From Octopus sinensis (taxonomy: Eukaryota): a stretch of 64,000 nucleotides of DNA. Both the position numbers and the translations under genes were made by a program. This document shows, in pieces, positions 24,426 to 36,398 of this stretch; the first letter of the stretch is position 1; each line of letters starts with the position of its first letter. The notes beneath the pieces were generated by a model, which saw only the letters and a list, made by a program, of their open reading frames with translations, was not told the origin of the DNA and did no database searches. Location of the stretch: positions 24,614,001 through 24,678,000 of the forward strand of contig NC_043014.1 of the NCBI RefSeq assembly GCF_006345805.1, written 5' to 3'.

Positions 24426-25282
24426 GCGGGGTGGTGTGTATATATGTATACACACGTACACACACACACACACACACACACAACACACACGCACGCAAGC
24501 ATATGGGGCCGACTGCACCCCAAGCGCGCGCGCGCGCGGACCCACAAACACCCACACCAAAAAACCCCAAACTCCAGCAATTCCTCAACTAAAAAGCGTG
24601 CGCCTGGATACAAATATATGTATGTGTGTGTGCATGCGTGTAAGCGTGTGCGTATGTATGCATGTATGTGTGCATGCGTGTATGTGTGCATGTGTGTGTG
24701 TATGTATGTATGTAAGTATGTATGTACGTATGTGTGTGTGTATGTGCGTATGTGTGTGTGTATGTATGTGTGTATGTATGTATGTGTGTGTGTGTATTTA
24801 TGTATGTGTGTATGTATGTAAGTGCGTGTGTATGTGTATGTTTGTTTGTTTGTGTGTGTATGTATGTAGGTAAGTATGAATAAATGTGTGAATGTATGTA
24901 TGTGTGTACGTATGTATGTGTGTGTGTGTGTGAATGTATGCGTGTGTGCGTGGGGTTTCCTCTGGGGTTGTGTGGGCGTAATGTACATGCGCGTGACGTG
25001 CGTGTATGTGTGTGTGTGTTTCTACTGGGTGTTTATAAAGGTGTGCGTATCTGTATGGGTATTGTTTTGTTGGTGTGTGTGCGCGTGGGTGTGTGTGAAG
25101 GTGTGGAAGTATGTGTGCGTACAAGTGCGTGTAGGTTGTATGTGTGTGGTGTGTTGGAGGTAGGTGTGTTGGAAGTAGGTATGTGGGTGGGTGTTCGTGG
25201 ATACCTGGGTATGCGTGTGTGTTTCTGTATAAGGATTTTAAAAAAAAAGAAGAGGGGGAGAAAGTGAGGTGGAGCGCAGTCA

Positions 25283-27997
25283 CTAAGAGGAGGGGCTGTG
25301 TTGAGTCTTTGTGGGGTATTGGTTTGTAGAGTGAAGATGAAACGTTGCTCCAAGTGAAGCCTGGATTGTGGAAGACCGTTGTGTGGGGCGAGACCAAACA
25401 CAGATGTCATCGGGGGAATGGCTGGCCGAGCGGAAGTGACGTGCGACGGGAGAAAAGGACCGTAGGCGAACATCCCTCAGATATTCGGCGAATCGGTCTG
25501 ACAACCGGCGTCCCGTCTGTCCTGTATACAGCATTCCGCAGAGGTTGCATTTAATACAGTATATGAGGCCAGACGAAGTGCACGTAAAAGAATGTCTGAT
25601 ACGTACAGTTCGCTGGTTGGAGCCGGTGACAGCAGTGGTGTTGGTGATGAAGGGGCAGGTGTTGCAGCGGGATCTAGAGCACGGGAATGATCCGTGTGGG
25701 GCTGAGGGGGAAGAAGAGAGGGTGCTATGGACCAGGAGGTCGCGTAGATTTCCGGGCTCGTTTGAAGGAGGACAGGAGTGGGTTGGGGAAAATGGGGCGG
25801 GTCGTGGGATCGAGCAACGGAAGGCACGTAGTATCTTCCGACGAAGGGGTAGAGTAGAGGGGTGGAAAAGGAGGGGAAAGGGGGTGCGGTTGGGGGGGGG
25901 GGTGAGAGGAAGGAGAAAGGGCGGTGGTGCGGTCGATGCGACGGGCGCGGGCAAGGGCATTTGAGACTAGTGTAGGTGGGTATCCTCGGTGCCTGAACAG
26001 GCGGGCCAGGTATTGAGATTGGGTCTCGAAATCGATGCTGAGAGAGATATCAAGGAAGTTGACAGAGGTGTTGGAGATGGTTGAAGTGAATTGTAGAGAG
26101 GGGTGGGAGTTGGAGAGGAAAGAGATGAATTGGCAGAGATGTTCGCGGGAAAGGGAGGTGGCGCCTATGCAGTCGTCTATATAGCGACCGTATAGTTCAG
26201 GGGTCGGCCTGGAGAATTGGGAGAATACTTGGGCCTCAATGTAGCCAAGAAAGAGATTGGCGAAATTGGGCCCCATTCTCGTTCCCATCGCGACCCCGGA
26301 CCACTGTTGGTACGTTTCCCCGGCGAACGTGAAACAGTTGAGGGTGAGGACGAGCTCTGCCAGGAGAAGAAGGGTGGGGTCGGGACGACGGTCGAGGAAG
26401 TGTTGGACGGCTAAGAGACCGTCGTTGTGGGGAATTACCGTATACAGAGATTTTACGTCTAGGGTGAAGAGGAGGTGTGAGGGGCTGGAAGGGAAGGAAA
26501 AGGAATTGAAGAGACGAAGGGCGTGGTTGGTGTCGTGTATGTGGGATGGGAGGGCTGCGACTAAGGGGGACAGGATGCGGTCGAGGTATAGGGAAATGTG
26601 TTCAGTGGGGCAATTACAGGCGGAAACGATGGGGCGGCCAGGGTTATGGGGTTTATGGATTTTGGGAAGGAAATAGATGGTGGAGGTGCGGGGTGTTCGG
26701 ACGATGAGGTTGGTGGCGGTGGGGGGAGAGCAGAAGAGAAGATGAGGTCGTGGATGGTGGAGGACACTCGCTGTTGGTAGGAAGAGGTGGGATCGGAGGG
26801 GAGGAGGCGATAGAAGAGAGGATTTTGAAGCTGGCTGAGCGCTTCCTCCCTGCATAGATCCGCGCACCACATGACCACTGCTCCGCCTTTGTCCGCCGGT
26901 TTGATGACAATGTCATTGCGGCGGCGGAGGTGGCGAAGGTTGTCTCGGAGGGGTCTTTGTTTAAAGTTAAACTGGTGGACCAACGCGTTGCAGTCATTCA
27001 CGAACAAATCTAGGCTACTGAATAGGCCTGGGGGCGGCGTCCAGTTGGATGGGCGGCGCCCCAGCTCCAAAAAGCAATCCTGATTGTTGTGACGCTGCGG
27101 GGACGCGTGGAAGAATGCGCAAAGTTTGAGGCGGCGCAGGAACTGGTTGACGTCGGTCCGAGTCTCGAATTCATCACAGTGGCGCGTGAGTGGCGTAAAG
27201 CGGAGTCTCTTACTGAGGAGAGAGCGCTCGGCAGCGGAGAGGGGGAGATTGGGGGGTATAGTGACAACAGTGCGAGGATGCGGAGTGGTGGGATGACTGG
27301 GGTCAGGAAGAGGGGTGCAGAGGTGTGAGGAGGAGGGTAGGGGTGGTTGGGTGAAGATGGGTTAGGCGTAGGAAGGTCAGGTGGGGTGTGTAGGTCCGTG
27401 GAGTGGGAAGGGTGGTGGGTGTGGGTGCGGGAATGGAGGGAGTCGGGGAGCAGGAGGGAGGATGTAGGGGATGGGGAAGGGGAAGGGGGTGAAGGTTGAG
27501 GAGGTGTGGAGTTTTTTTTTTTTTGTGTGTGTGAGGAAATTGTGGAGTTGGTGGTTGAGATTAAGAATGAAGCGGAGACTAGGTTGGTGAAGAGTGGAGG
27601 GCAGAGAGGGAGGAGAGAAGGAGGTAAGCCTGGGGGAGTTGGTGGTCAAGGGAGTGAAGGAGAGGGCGGGTGGACGGATGGTGGCACGATGAGGAGCGGA
27701 GGTGCGAGCGAGGGTGGTTCGATGAGGGGGAGGAATAGGGGTAGCGTGGAACTTCAAGAGGAAGCCACGGGGTGTGACGTGATGGCGGAGGCAACGGCTG
27801 AGGAAGGAGAGATGGCTAGAGTGGCGAGTTTTTTTAAAAAGTAAGTGAGAAAGTTTTTTTTCGGGTGGTAAGCACTGTGGGGGGAAGAAGGCGAGAAAGC
27901 GGCTAAGAAGGGATTGAAGGTGTTGGACGAACGAGTGCAAGTCAGGCATGTTGAGAAGTGGTGAAAGTTTGTGTAGGTGTAGGTGGTGGCGACACAA
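25283..27997 (-). pseudogene. Penelope-like (Neptune/Poseidon-type) RT + GIY-YIG ORF, frameshifted; element spans about 24590-29270
   Basis: N-terminal HLSFLSRCLRHHVTPRGF; IVIKPADKGGAVV; YFLPKIHK..PGRPIVS; DVKSLYT; GVAMGTRMGP; RYIDD; CSRSRCNTC..LIYCIKCNLCGMLYTGQTGR; LEQRFIFTLQT. Part of the RT thumb is deleted. CA-rich flanks on both sides. Confidence 0.9.
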
Positions 27998-28118
27998 GTG
28001 GGAAAATGGAGGTAGAAGAAGAAAGGTGAAGAAGAAGAAAAGAAGACAAAAAGAAAAAAGTTTGAGAGAGTCACGGACAAATTATTTTTGATTTCCAATC
28101 ACGATTTCAGTGGCGTAC

Positions 28119-28208
28119 TCCGGAAGAATGGTAACAGTAATCCGTAGGTCCGGAAGAATGGTAACAGTAATCCGTAGGTCCGGAAGAATGGTAACAGTAA
28201 TCCGTAGG
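28119..28208. repeat. Three perfect 30-bp tandem repeats
   Basis: TCCGGAAGAATGGTAACAGTAATCCGTAGG x3. Confidence 0.97.
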
Positions 28209-29277
28209 TATAAAAATCCAGGAATTGGTATCCAAGGCACTCAATATCCGTGTGAGCGTGCGCGGTATATAAAGTTAATCCAAACAAGAAAACAAAAAGA
28301 CAACAACGCAAGGATGTGGAACAAATAAAGTATTATTGGACGCTCAGGAAAGAGCTCTTCGTCTGAAACATAGGAGAAGGAAAGATCCCGAGACGGGAGG
28401 ACAGAGGAAAAAAAAATTGCCGGTGGTATTCACGAGGTCACATACTAAAAGACGGAAGTGGTAAAATGGAGGAAAATGTTTTAAAAACAAGAGAGCTATA
28501 TCAAGAAGGAATGGTAAAAAGGTGTGCGATGACAAGTGTGTGTGTGTGGTATGGTGGACAATGGCTAGTAGCAGGCAGTAGTGGAATTAAGGAGTGATGT
28601 GGGGGTACCTAGCAAGTCAGAAAGGCAGTCAGAAACAGGGAGGTATGTGTGTGTGCGTGTATATGTATCGTGTGTGTGTTTTGGTTGTAGTATGTGTGTG
28701 TGTACGTGTTCGTTTTTTGTGTGTATGGCGAGTAACTGCTGTGCTTAACTTAGTGTATGTGTGCGTGTGTGCTTGTACGTGCGTGTTGGTGTATATATAC
28801 GTATATATAATTGTGTGCGTGTATGTATGGTTGTGTGCCGTTGGACGTATGTGTGGGTTCATATGTGCGTGTGTATGTATGTGCGTGTAGTTGTGTGTGC
28901 GTGTATGTGTGCGTTTGTATGTGTGTGTGTGTAAACGTAAATGGATGTAATGCGTGTATCCGTGGGGATGTGGGGGGTTTTCGCGCGTGTGCGTGCGTAT
29001 GTGTGCGCATGTTTTGGTGTGCGTATGTATGTGTGTGTCTGTGCTTATATGTGTGTACGTATTTGTATGTGTGCGTGCGCGTGGAGGTATATGTTTGTGT
29101 GTATGTATATGGTCGTGTGTATGTGAATTAGTGTGTGTTTGTACGTGTGTATGTGTGTGTGCGTGTATTGTATATATATGTAAATGTGTGTGTGTGTACG
29201 TGCGTGGGAGTGAATGTATGTATGTGCGTGTGTGTACAATGTAGGGGTTTATATGTATGTATGCGAATCTCTCTGTC

Positions 29278-29341
<64 letters not shown>

Positions 29342-30749
29342 AAGATATATAATATATAAATATATAAATATATGCATATATACATACATATATGTACATA
29401 CCTACATCTATAATGTAATATACATGCATAAATGGGTACAGGACATCAAGAAACGTTAAACACAATGAGGAACGAAAACATAAAAACAGAAACATGGAAA
29501 CGAACTATTTTTCAAACAACGAAGAAACAGAGTACAAGGCATACAACACAAGGAATATTCCCCTTCTTCAGTTGTCCCTGTTTCATCTACTCCGCGTTTC
29601 GATGGTAAGGACAAGACGCGACTTCATTGAAACAATCCTTCCCGCAAAGCAAATTAAATCAAATTTGGGATTTTTTGTGGTGGGGTAAAAGTGGTAACAA
29701 GAACGGGACAGTAAGAACAAAACAAGACAGTACAAAACAATAAAAGTAAAAACAGTAAAAGACAGAACAAAGAGAATAACACGCTAAAAACAAACGATGA
29801 GGGTTGTTAAGTCAAGACGATCGAAAAAATTTTTTGAACGCTTGAGGAAACAGCTTATTATGAGAGAGACAGGATAAGCGGTACAGCCTATGATTCGACC
29901 CATCAGTCTGAGTCTCATCAGGTACATCGGTAATGATATGTCTCACTACAGATTTTTAGTGTCGGCTAATTTGTTGTTATATGTCATTCAAGTTAGGAAA
30001 TGAATAAAAGGAAATAATATTCAAGTAGGAACATGGAAATCTCACGGTAATTCCCGGGAAAACAGTTCCGTTCTCATAATTGTTTCGCTAATCCAATAAC
30101 AATAATACAAAGTATATAGCCCTTAAAACGGTTTTTGTGCATTTATTGAGAACACCGAACTGTCTTACACAGGATCTTGTTTTTAGGAATTCCCAACAAG
30201 TTATGAATACCCAAATTGTGAAGTCTATGTAATAACATGAAATTAATTACTCGATAGTAAGAATTCAACTAAAGTAACCCCGAAAAGGGCTTTAATACGT
30301 TCCCAGCGTATATAGAACTTAGGAGGAAATACCAATAAGGTATGTATACTAAAATCGTGAAGCATGTTACATCATAATAGGCTAATCAGATATGAGATAA
30401 TAACAATTCAAAGTAAAAAACTCTTTAAAAAGCTTTTGTGCGTTCGCAGAGAATATTACCCTTAGCGGTGCTACTGTTGGTATATTCGTGAATAGGTCAC
30501 TAACCGAAATAAGTGGATCTATTGTTTAGGGAAATACTATTTAATTGTTTAAGCGTTGTACTGGATAAATTGCGAAAATAACTCAAATAGTTCAAATATT
30601 AAGAAAGAAGCATACTCAATTTGAATTATATGAAATAATTTACGAATATGAATGGGTTATTTCCCTTGGCTATATAAGGATCCCTTTCAGGAGCGAATTG
30701 GATGTTTAAAAATAATATATTAGTTATATGTAGTAGATATAAGAATCCC

Positions 30750-30921
30750 TTCCAGGAGCCCTATTATCGATTTTTTTTTCAACAATCTAAGTGCATCACT
30801 AGTTTTCCAGACATGAGTTCTACTCACGTGTCAAGTTTCATCAAAATCGATAGAACGCTGTAGGGGGAGTTAGATAACAACGCCACAAACACGCCTACAG
30901 ATTTCTACATATGTAGTAGAT
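30750..30921 (-). mobile_element. 5' end of a non-autonomous Helitron-like element
   Basis: The minus strand begins A|TCTACTACATATGTAGAAATC, followed by ATCGATTTTGATGAAACTTG-type subterminal sequence. The 3' end was not identified. Confidence 0.4.
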
Positions 30922-30954
30922 GTGTAGACTCACACACACACCCATATACAAAAT

Positions 30955-32740
30955 GCTTCTAACCAAAAATTACAAATAGCTTAGTTAAATTTTTCTGAAA
31001 CATGGGCTTAAGCATTGTTTTTGGCGATGATATAACTAAAGCCACTTTTTGGATATTACCCTTAATTTGCATAATGATTCATACTTCCCATACCATAAAC
31101 ACTCAACTAATTAAAAATATATTAGCTCTTTCAGTAATCACTCAAAGAATTAAGTAAGGAATATTTCACTTAGACTTTCTAGATTATCTGCTAATGTTGA
31201 TATCTTCAACGATAAAGCTAAATTTTATAACTCTGTCTTACTTAAAGAAAAATTACCTTTATTAACCCTATTGACATTAATTCTACCTCTATTAATCAGG
31301 ACATGAAATCAAGTCATAATGATATTAACAATATTAATTTTATTCCGAATAATAACACCAAATCGAGTAATGTAATTCTATAGCGTAATGGAGATAACCG
31401 TTATTTAAGACCCTTTTTTTTTCATTATAAAGGTACATCGAGGACATTTAAAGATAATTACCCTAATAACAAGGTATGTCCTGAAAAAACTGTTTGGTTA
31501 ATAATTCCATATGGTAAGTAGATCAAATCCAACCTTCCTTACCAGTTTCGTGAAGCTATAGAAAAGAATTTCCAAGAAATTCAAAATACTATTCGATTAT
31601 TAATTCACACCGAATCAGGATAGGGTTTTCTAACACAAAAAATCTTTCACAAATCATCTCTTCACATTATAATAAGTTGTTAAAAACAAATTCACTTAAT
31701 GAAAATACTAGCATTGATTTTGTTAACACTAACCATTCTTTAAATAATAATAGCAGCGGTGTTGGTGTTTCTGATGCTGATTCCAATTGCATTCGTTTCC
31801 TTAGCTTGTAAGACTAGAAACTCTATTTATCACTGTAAAATTACTTCCGGATCTAACGTCTTTTTTTTTAATTTATGTAGTTCTTCATCTCAGTTGTCCA
31901 AAAGAATATCTAATCATTACTCTACATTGAGACATATCAATAAAAGTAACAATACTGGGCTTAGTAAATTAATTTGGTATCTAAAGGATCGTAATAAACA
32001 ATTTGATTTGGAATGAAATATTCTGTCTATATCTTTTCCGTATGACAATGGTAAATCTTTTTGTCCGCTTTGTAACAGTGAAATCTATTTCATCCTGTTC
32101 TCAGAGAATCCTCTTGTAAACACATTTATCATTGCAAACATTGGCAAAAACATACCTTTAGTTCCTATAAGTGATTTCTACCATTCTATAAAATTCGACC
32201 TTTGACTGTCTTCTTACCTTTCACTTCCACAAAATATATCTACTCTCAAGCCTTTAAGCTTTATTTAGTCCTATTCACCTATCGCTCTATATCTCTCCAC
32301 TATTAGTTTTCTGTTAATTTCTTTCTTTCTCCTCCTTCTCTTTCTATAAACTATCTTTGACGTCATATCTACTAACAGTTTTTTTTTAAAACTTGCTATC
32401 ATCGTTCCCTTCACCATATACGCAGTCACCACATTCTGTTAAAATGTCTTATTGATGAGTTTGGTTTCTTTCTTTCCCTGATGGGAAGATTGCATTGTTT
32501 TACACCAGTTTATTCCTTCTGGAATAATACCAATGTTTTCTTCGAAACATAGGTCGGAAGTAAAAAGACTTGAATAACACCTGCTTTTAACTCCATTTAT
32601 TTATTTATCTATATGATACAAAAACATTTCACATAAACCTGGCATTTCTACCTTTACATCCTTGGTACTTGTGTGAATGTTTGCTACCCTGGTAACTATT
32701 TATTTATTTTACCCGAGTTATTTGTAAACATTGAAAAAAT
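30955..32740 (+). mobile_element. Decayed Penelope-like element (RT end, GIY-YIG, pseudo-LTR)
   Basis: Collinear with 22767-24178 and 36502-38745; encodes SIYHCKIT..SKRISNHYST..TGLSKLIWYLK..CPLCNSE; many stops. Confidence 0.85.
32473..32560 (+). ncRNA. Family A hammerhead motif with A9G change
   Basis: UUUCC-CUGAUGG-GAAGA...UCUUC-GAAA-CAUAGG-UC-GGAAG. Confidence 0.75.
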
Positions 32741-32754
32741 ACACACACACACAT

Positions 32755-33235
32755 ATAATAATTATATACATAATTATAACAAGATATTGGCATTATGCCT
32801 CTCCACACTCTGAAAATACACGCCAAATGATGCCAACACCACCTTGAAAAACTCCCAAAATACACAGGCTGTAGTCGAGCAAAAGAAAGATAATGAATTA
32901 AACTTTTGGTTAAACGTGTACAAAATCTTGTTTCAAGCTTAAAGTAAAAAATTATACCTGCTGCTATCTTCAGTACCGTTAGTCCGCAGCATAAATTTAC
33001 AAGTATCTACACATGTATATGAGCAGCGACTTTGTACAACAATATATATATATATATACACACACTTGCAAAAATATACAGTAAAGTAGAATTCCCATCT
33101 TTCTCTTCAACCACATGATATATATAAAAATAATGCTGCAGTGAATGCAACTTTGATCAGGAGTGAAATTTGTTTCCATATTAATTATATAATAAAGGAT
33201 AAAATCATTAATAATTTAATTAAGTGGCTAACACG
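32755..33235. mobile_element. Partial MITE copy (left TIR + interior)
   Basis: Diverged direct copy of about 33261-33620; the right TIR is absent. Confidence 0.75.
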
Positions 33236-33260
33236 AAAATAAAAACCCTATTTTACAAAT

Positions 33261-33799
33261 ATTATAATAATTATATACATAATTATAGCAAGATATTGGC
33301 ATTACGTCTCTCCACGGACTGAAAATAGACGCCAAATGATGCCAAACCACATTTTTAAAATTCTAAATACACAGGCTGTAGTCGAGCAAAAGAAAGATAA
33401 TAAATTAAACTTTTGGTTAAACGTGTGCAACATCTCGCTTCAAACTTAAGGTAAAAATTATACCTACTGCAATCTTGAGCACCGTTATTCCGTTGCATAA
33501 ATTTACAAGTATTTACTCATACGTATACGAGCAGCGACTTCTTAAAACAATATATATATATATACACTTGCAAAAATATACAGTAAAGTAGAATTCCCAT
33601 CTTTATCTTCAATCAATAATGCAAAATAATGCTTCAACTGCATGTTATATATCAGAATAATCTTTCTTTTGCTCGATTACAGGCTGTGTTTCTTAGTGTT
33701 TTTTAAAGATGGTGTTGGCGTCATTTGGCGTCTATTTTCAGGGCATGGAGAGGCGTAATGCCAATCCCTTGTTATAATTATGTATATAATTACTATAAT
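33261..33799. mobile_element. MITE with about 135-bp TIRs
   Basis: 33261-33397 is the reverse complement of 33659-33799 (ATTATA.TAATTATATACATAATTATA..AAG..ATTGGCATTACG..TCTCCA..CTGAAAATAGACGCCAAATGA.GCCAA). Confidence 0.85.
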
Positions 33800-33834
33800 A
33801 TGTCTAATATATATATAAATATACATACACGCAT

Positions 33835-34395
33835 ACATACATACATGGTGGCTGCCCCCTCGTTATCAAGTATGGCCATTGCATGAAGCTTAATCAATGC
33901 TGTTATCGTGCAATGCCTGTGCAAGAAGATTTTTTTTAAAGTGAGGAAAGGCTGTGCACTGAGTCAATCCCACTCACTAAGCAACAGCAGCCATAATCCG
34001 AAAAGAACAAGTCAACATCATGGGTAACCACTGAGCCGCAGGTTTTATTCCGGAGTTATCCCAGTTACCTGAGTTACCTTCTCCTAGAAGGATGCCCTAA
34101 CAAAGGCTAGGAGTCCTTCACTCCCAGTGGTTTAACCGCGCAATCGGGTATTCAGTCCGATTATTTCTGTCTCCGCGCATGATACAGCCTTAAAACATTT
34201 ATTGGATGGCCGTTGACTCTCAAGAGTTCCTCCGCCCTTTGACGGGTTTTGTTTTTCATCCCACAGGGTGTCCAATAAACACCCTCCTCACCAAGCAAGC
34301 TTGGTGGGGTTGCCGGTTTAGTCGCCGACGACCCGACCATGCAACAGGTTGTACTAAGTTACATGTTACCAGTAGCACTCGAAAGTGACATGACA
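33835..34395 (-). mobile_element. GC-richer TE fragment resembling an RTE 5' region
   Basis: The minus strand contains GGCATCCTTCTAGGAGAAGGTAACTC..AAACC, which resembles a recalled RTE 5'UTR motif. It is flanked by (TACA)n on both sides. Confidence 0.35.
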
Positions 34396-35084
34396 TAACA
34401 TACATACATACATACATACATACATACATACATACATACATACATACATACATACATACACACATTTCCTTTCGTAAATGCTTGGAGTCAACAGAATGAT
34501 TTCTTATACAGGTAAAGGTTTGCTAGAAATAAGTACCGCATAATACCTTTGAAATCCAATCTGGTCTTTAAAAAAAAAGGAAGGACATAATGTAGCCCTA
34601 TATAAACTATAAGACTGAAAAACAAAAAGATAGCATGGTCACAGAACATCTTTGACAACAATAAAAAAACAAACTACAATGACACACACGCACGATATTT
34701 CATTTATAAACTGACATTATTAGTCAAAGACATAAGATTATCCAACATAGTTTCTTCTTTGTTATATTAAAAAAGTGGGGAAAATAAGTATGACTTTAAA
34801 AGTATAGGTCAAACCCAATTAGAAACGAAGTAAAAAATTAAAAAAACGTATTGCTTAGTTCTAGTCCAGTTAAACTGATTGACAAATTAAATGTATCCCA
34901 GCTGTTTAATTTTTAATTAAAAATTTGTTTTTTATATATATATAATTAGATTAGCCAGAATCTAATTTAAGAAAAAGAAATAATAATATAAAGTTGATAT
35001 GATGTGATTTTGAAGGAAATTTTGCTAGAAGCAGGTCGAATGAGCACATAAGAGGTTTTTGAAGACAGACTGGTAGACAGTCAG

Positions 35085-35233
<149 letters not shown>

Positions 35234-35960
35234 GCGTGTGTACTTATGAAGTAACATCCCCTGCTGCTTTCTACACTATGTTATGCTACTGAAGGAGAAA
35301 AAAATAAAGAACAATATTAGGATGAGTAGAACTGCTTAAAAATTCCAAACCAGCCTTGCGAACACAGCGATTACAGAAATGATAACGAACCGATAAACTA
35401 CAGTTGTTAATCCACAGGCTAAGCCAATCACAACCCATTGCCATGAACACTTAATGAGGGATAATCAAATTAGGTTAAGCAAAAAGAAAAACAACTAACA
35501 ACCATAAAAAAAATCGAAAATTGCTATGCAGATAACCTTACCAATTGGTTACCACATATAATGAATGCAAATAGTTATTGTTTATTAACGAATTAATTAG
35601 ATTTTGACAATTAAAGTTTGTTGATAAAAAAATATGTCTCATCGCTTTCTTTTGCATGAAAAAGTACGATATAAAATATTACATAAATTACTGCATAGAT
35701 AAAAATACTTAAGACCATACACACTACAGTTTTTTTGATTAACTATATATATAGCATTATTAAATCTCTGAACGAGATGTAAACAGTAACCCCTCGACAA
35801 TGTAAAGTATAATAGCCATCTCAATATGGCTAACCACAAAGGGTGGGTGTTACTGTAGCTTTTAGCCCCAGGAGATCATCGTATCCAGCTGGCTTTGGGC
35901 GCACTATCAGTACCCTTATGGTATTTGCAAAGGGAGGCTATCCCTTTCTCGTAAGCCTAA

Positions 35961-36019
35961 GTGATACGCACGGACCGCAGTTTCGAGGTTGTTGCCTCTT
36001 GTCAACGGGCGGTAATCAC
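35961..36019 (-). ncRNA. Type I hammerhead ribozyme, U3:A8 compensatory core variant
   Basis: GUGAU-UAC-CGCCCG-UUGACAA-GAGG-CAACAA-CCUC-GAAA-CUGCGG-UC-CGUGCG-U-AUCAC. Confidence 0.75.
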
Positions 36020-36313
36020 CGGTTTACGATGAAAGGGAAAGCCTGTATGCAAATACTTAAGTGTTTTTCTAGTAACTTCCGTCAGATTTCGAAAAACTGT
36101 CTGCAAGCATTATTAAACCTCTGAACGAGATGTAAACAGTAACCGCTCGACAATGTAAAGTATAATAGCCATCTCAATATGGCTAACCACAAAGGGTGGG
36201 TGTTACTGTAGCTTTTAGCCCCAGGAGATCATCGTCTCCAGCTGGCTTTGGGCGCACTATCAGTACCCTTATGGTATTTGCAAAGGGAGGCTATCCCTTT
36301 CTCGTAAGCCTAA

Positions 36314-36370
36314 GTGATACGCACGGACCGCAGTTTTGAGGTTGTTGCCTCTTGTCAACGGGCGGTAATC
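36314..36370 (-). ncRNA. Second copy of the U3:A8 hammerhead, G12A mutant
   Basis: Identical to 35961-36019 except that the plus strand reads TTTTG instead of TTTCG (GAAA becomes AAAA) and the outer stem I is clipped by one base. Confidence 0.7.
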
Positions 36371-36398
36371 CCTTTCATCGTAAACCGTAAACCGTAAA

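Larger units (their letters stand above)
35753..36370 (-). repeat. 353-bp near-identical tandem repeat (1.75 copies) carrying a hammerhead; retrozyme or pseudo-LTR dimer
   Basis: 35753-36105 recurs at 36106-36370 with offset 353. No substantial ORF is conserved across the unit. Confidence 0.9.

Noticed and set aside
25545-27844. Plus-strand Gly/Arg/Glu-rich ORFs
   Set aside because: These are antisense shadows of the C-rich minus-strand PLE ORF.
28340-28375. Hammerhead half-site in the Neptune PLE 5' region (minus CAGACGA-AGAGCUC)
   Set aside because: U4 is changed and the GAAA/stem III half is absent; it cannot be called from this copy.
29880-29930. Minus-strand GUAC-CUGAUGA-GACUCA..UGGGUC-GAAU-CAUAGG-CU-GUAC
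   Set aside because: Core 5' half and stem II fit, but A15.1 and U16.1 are both wrong. It is at best a dead relic and was not counted.
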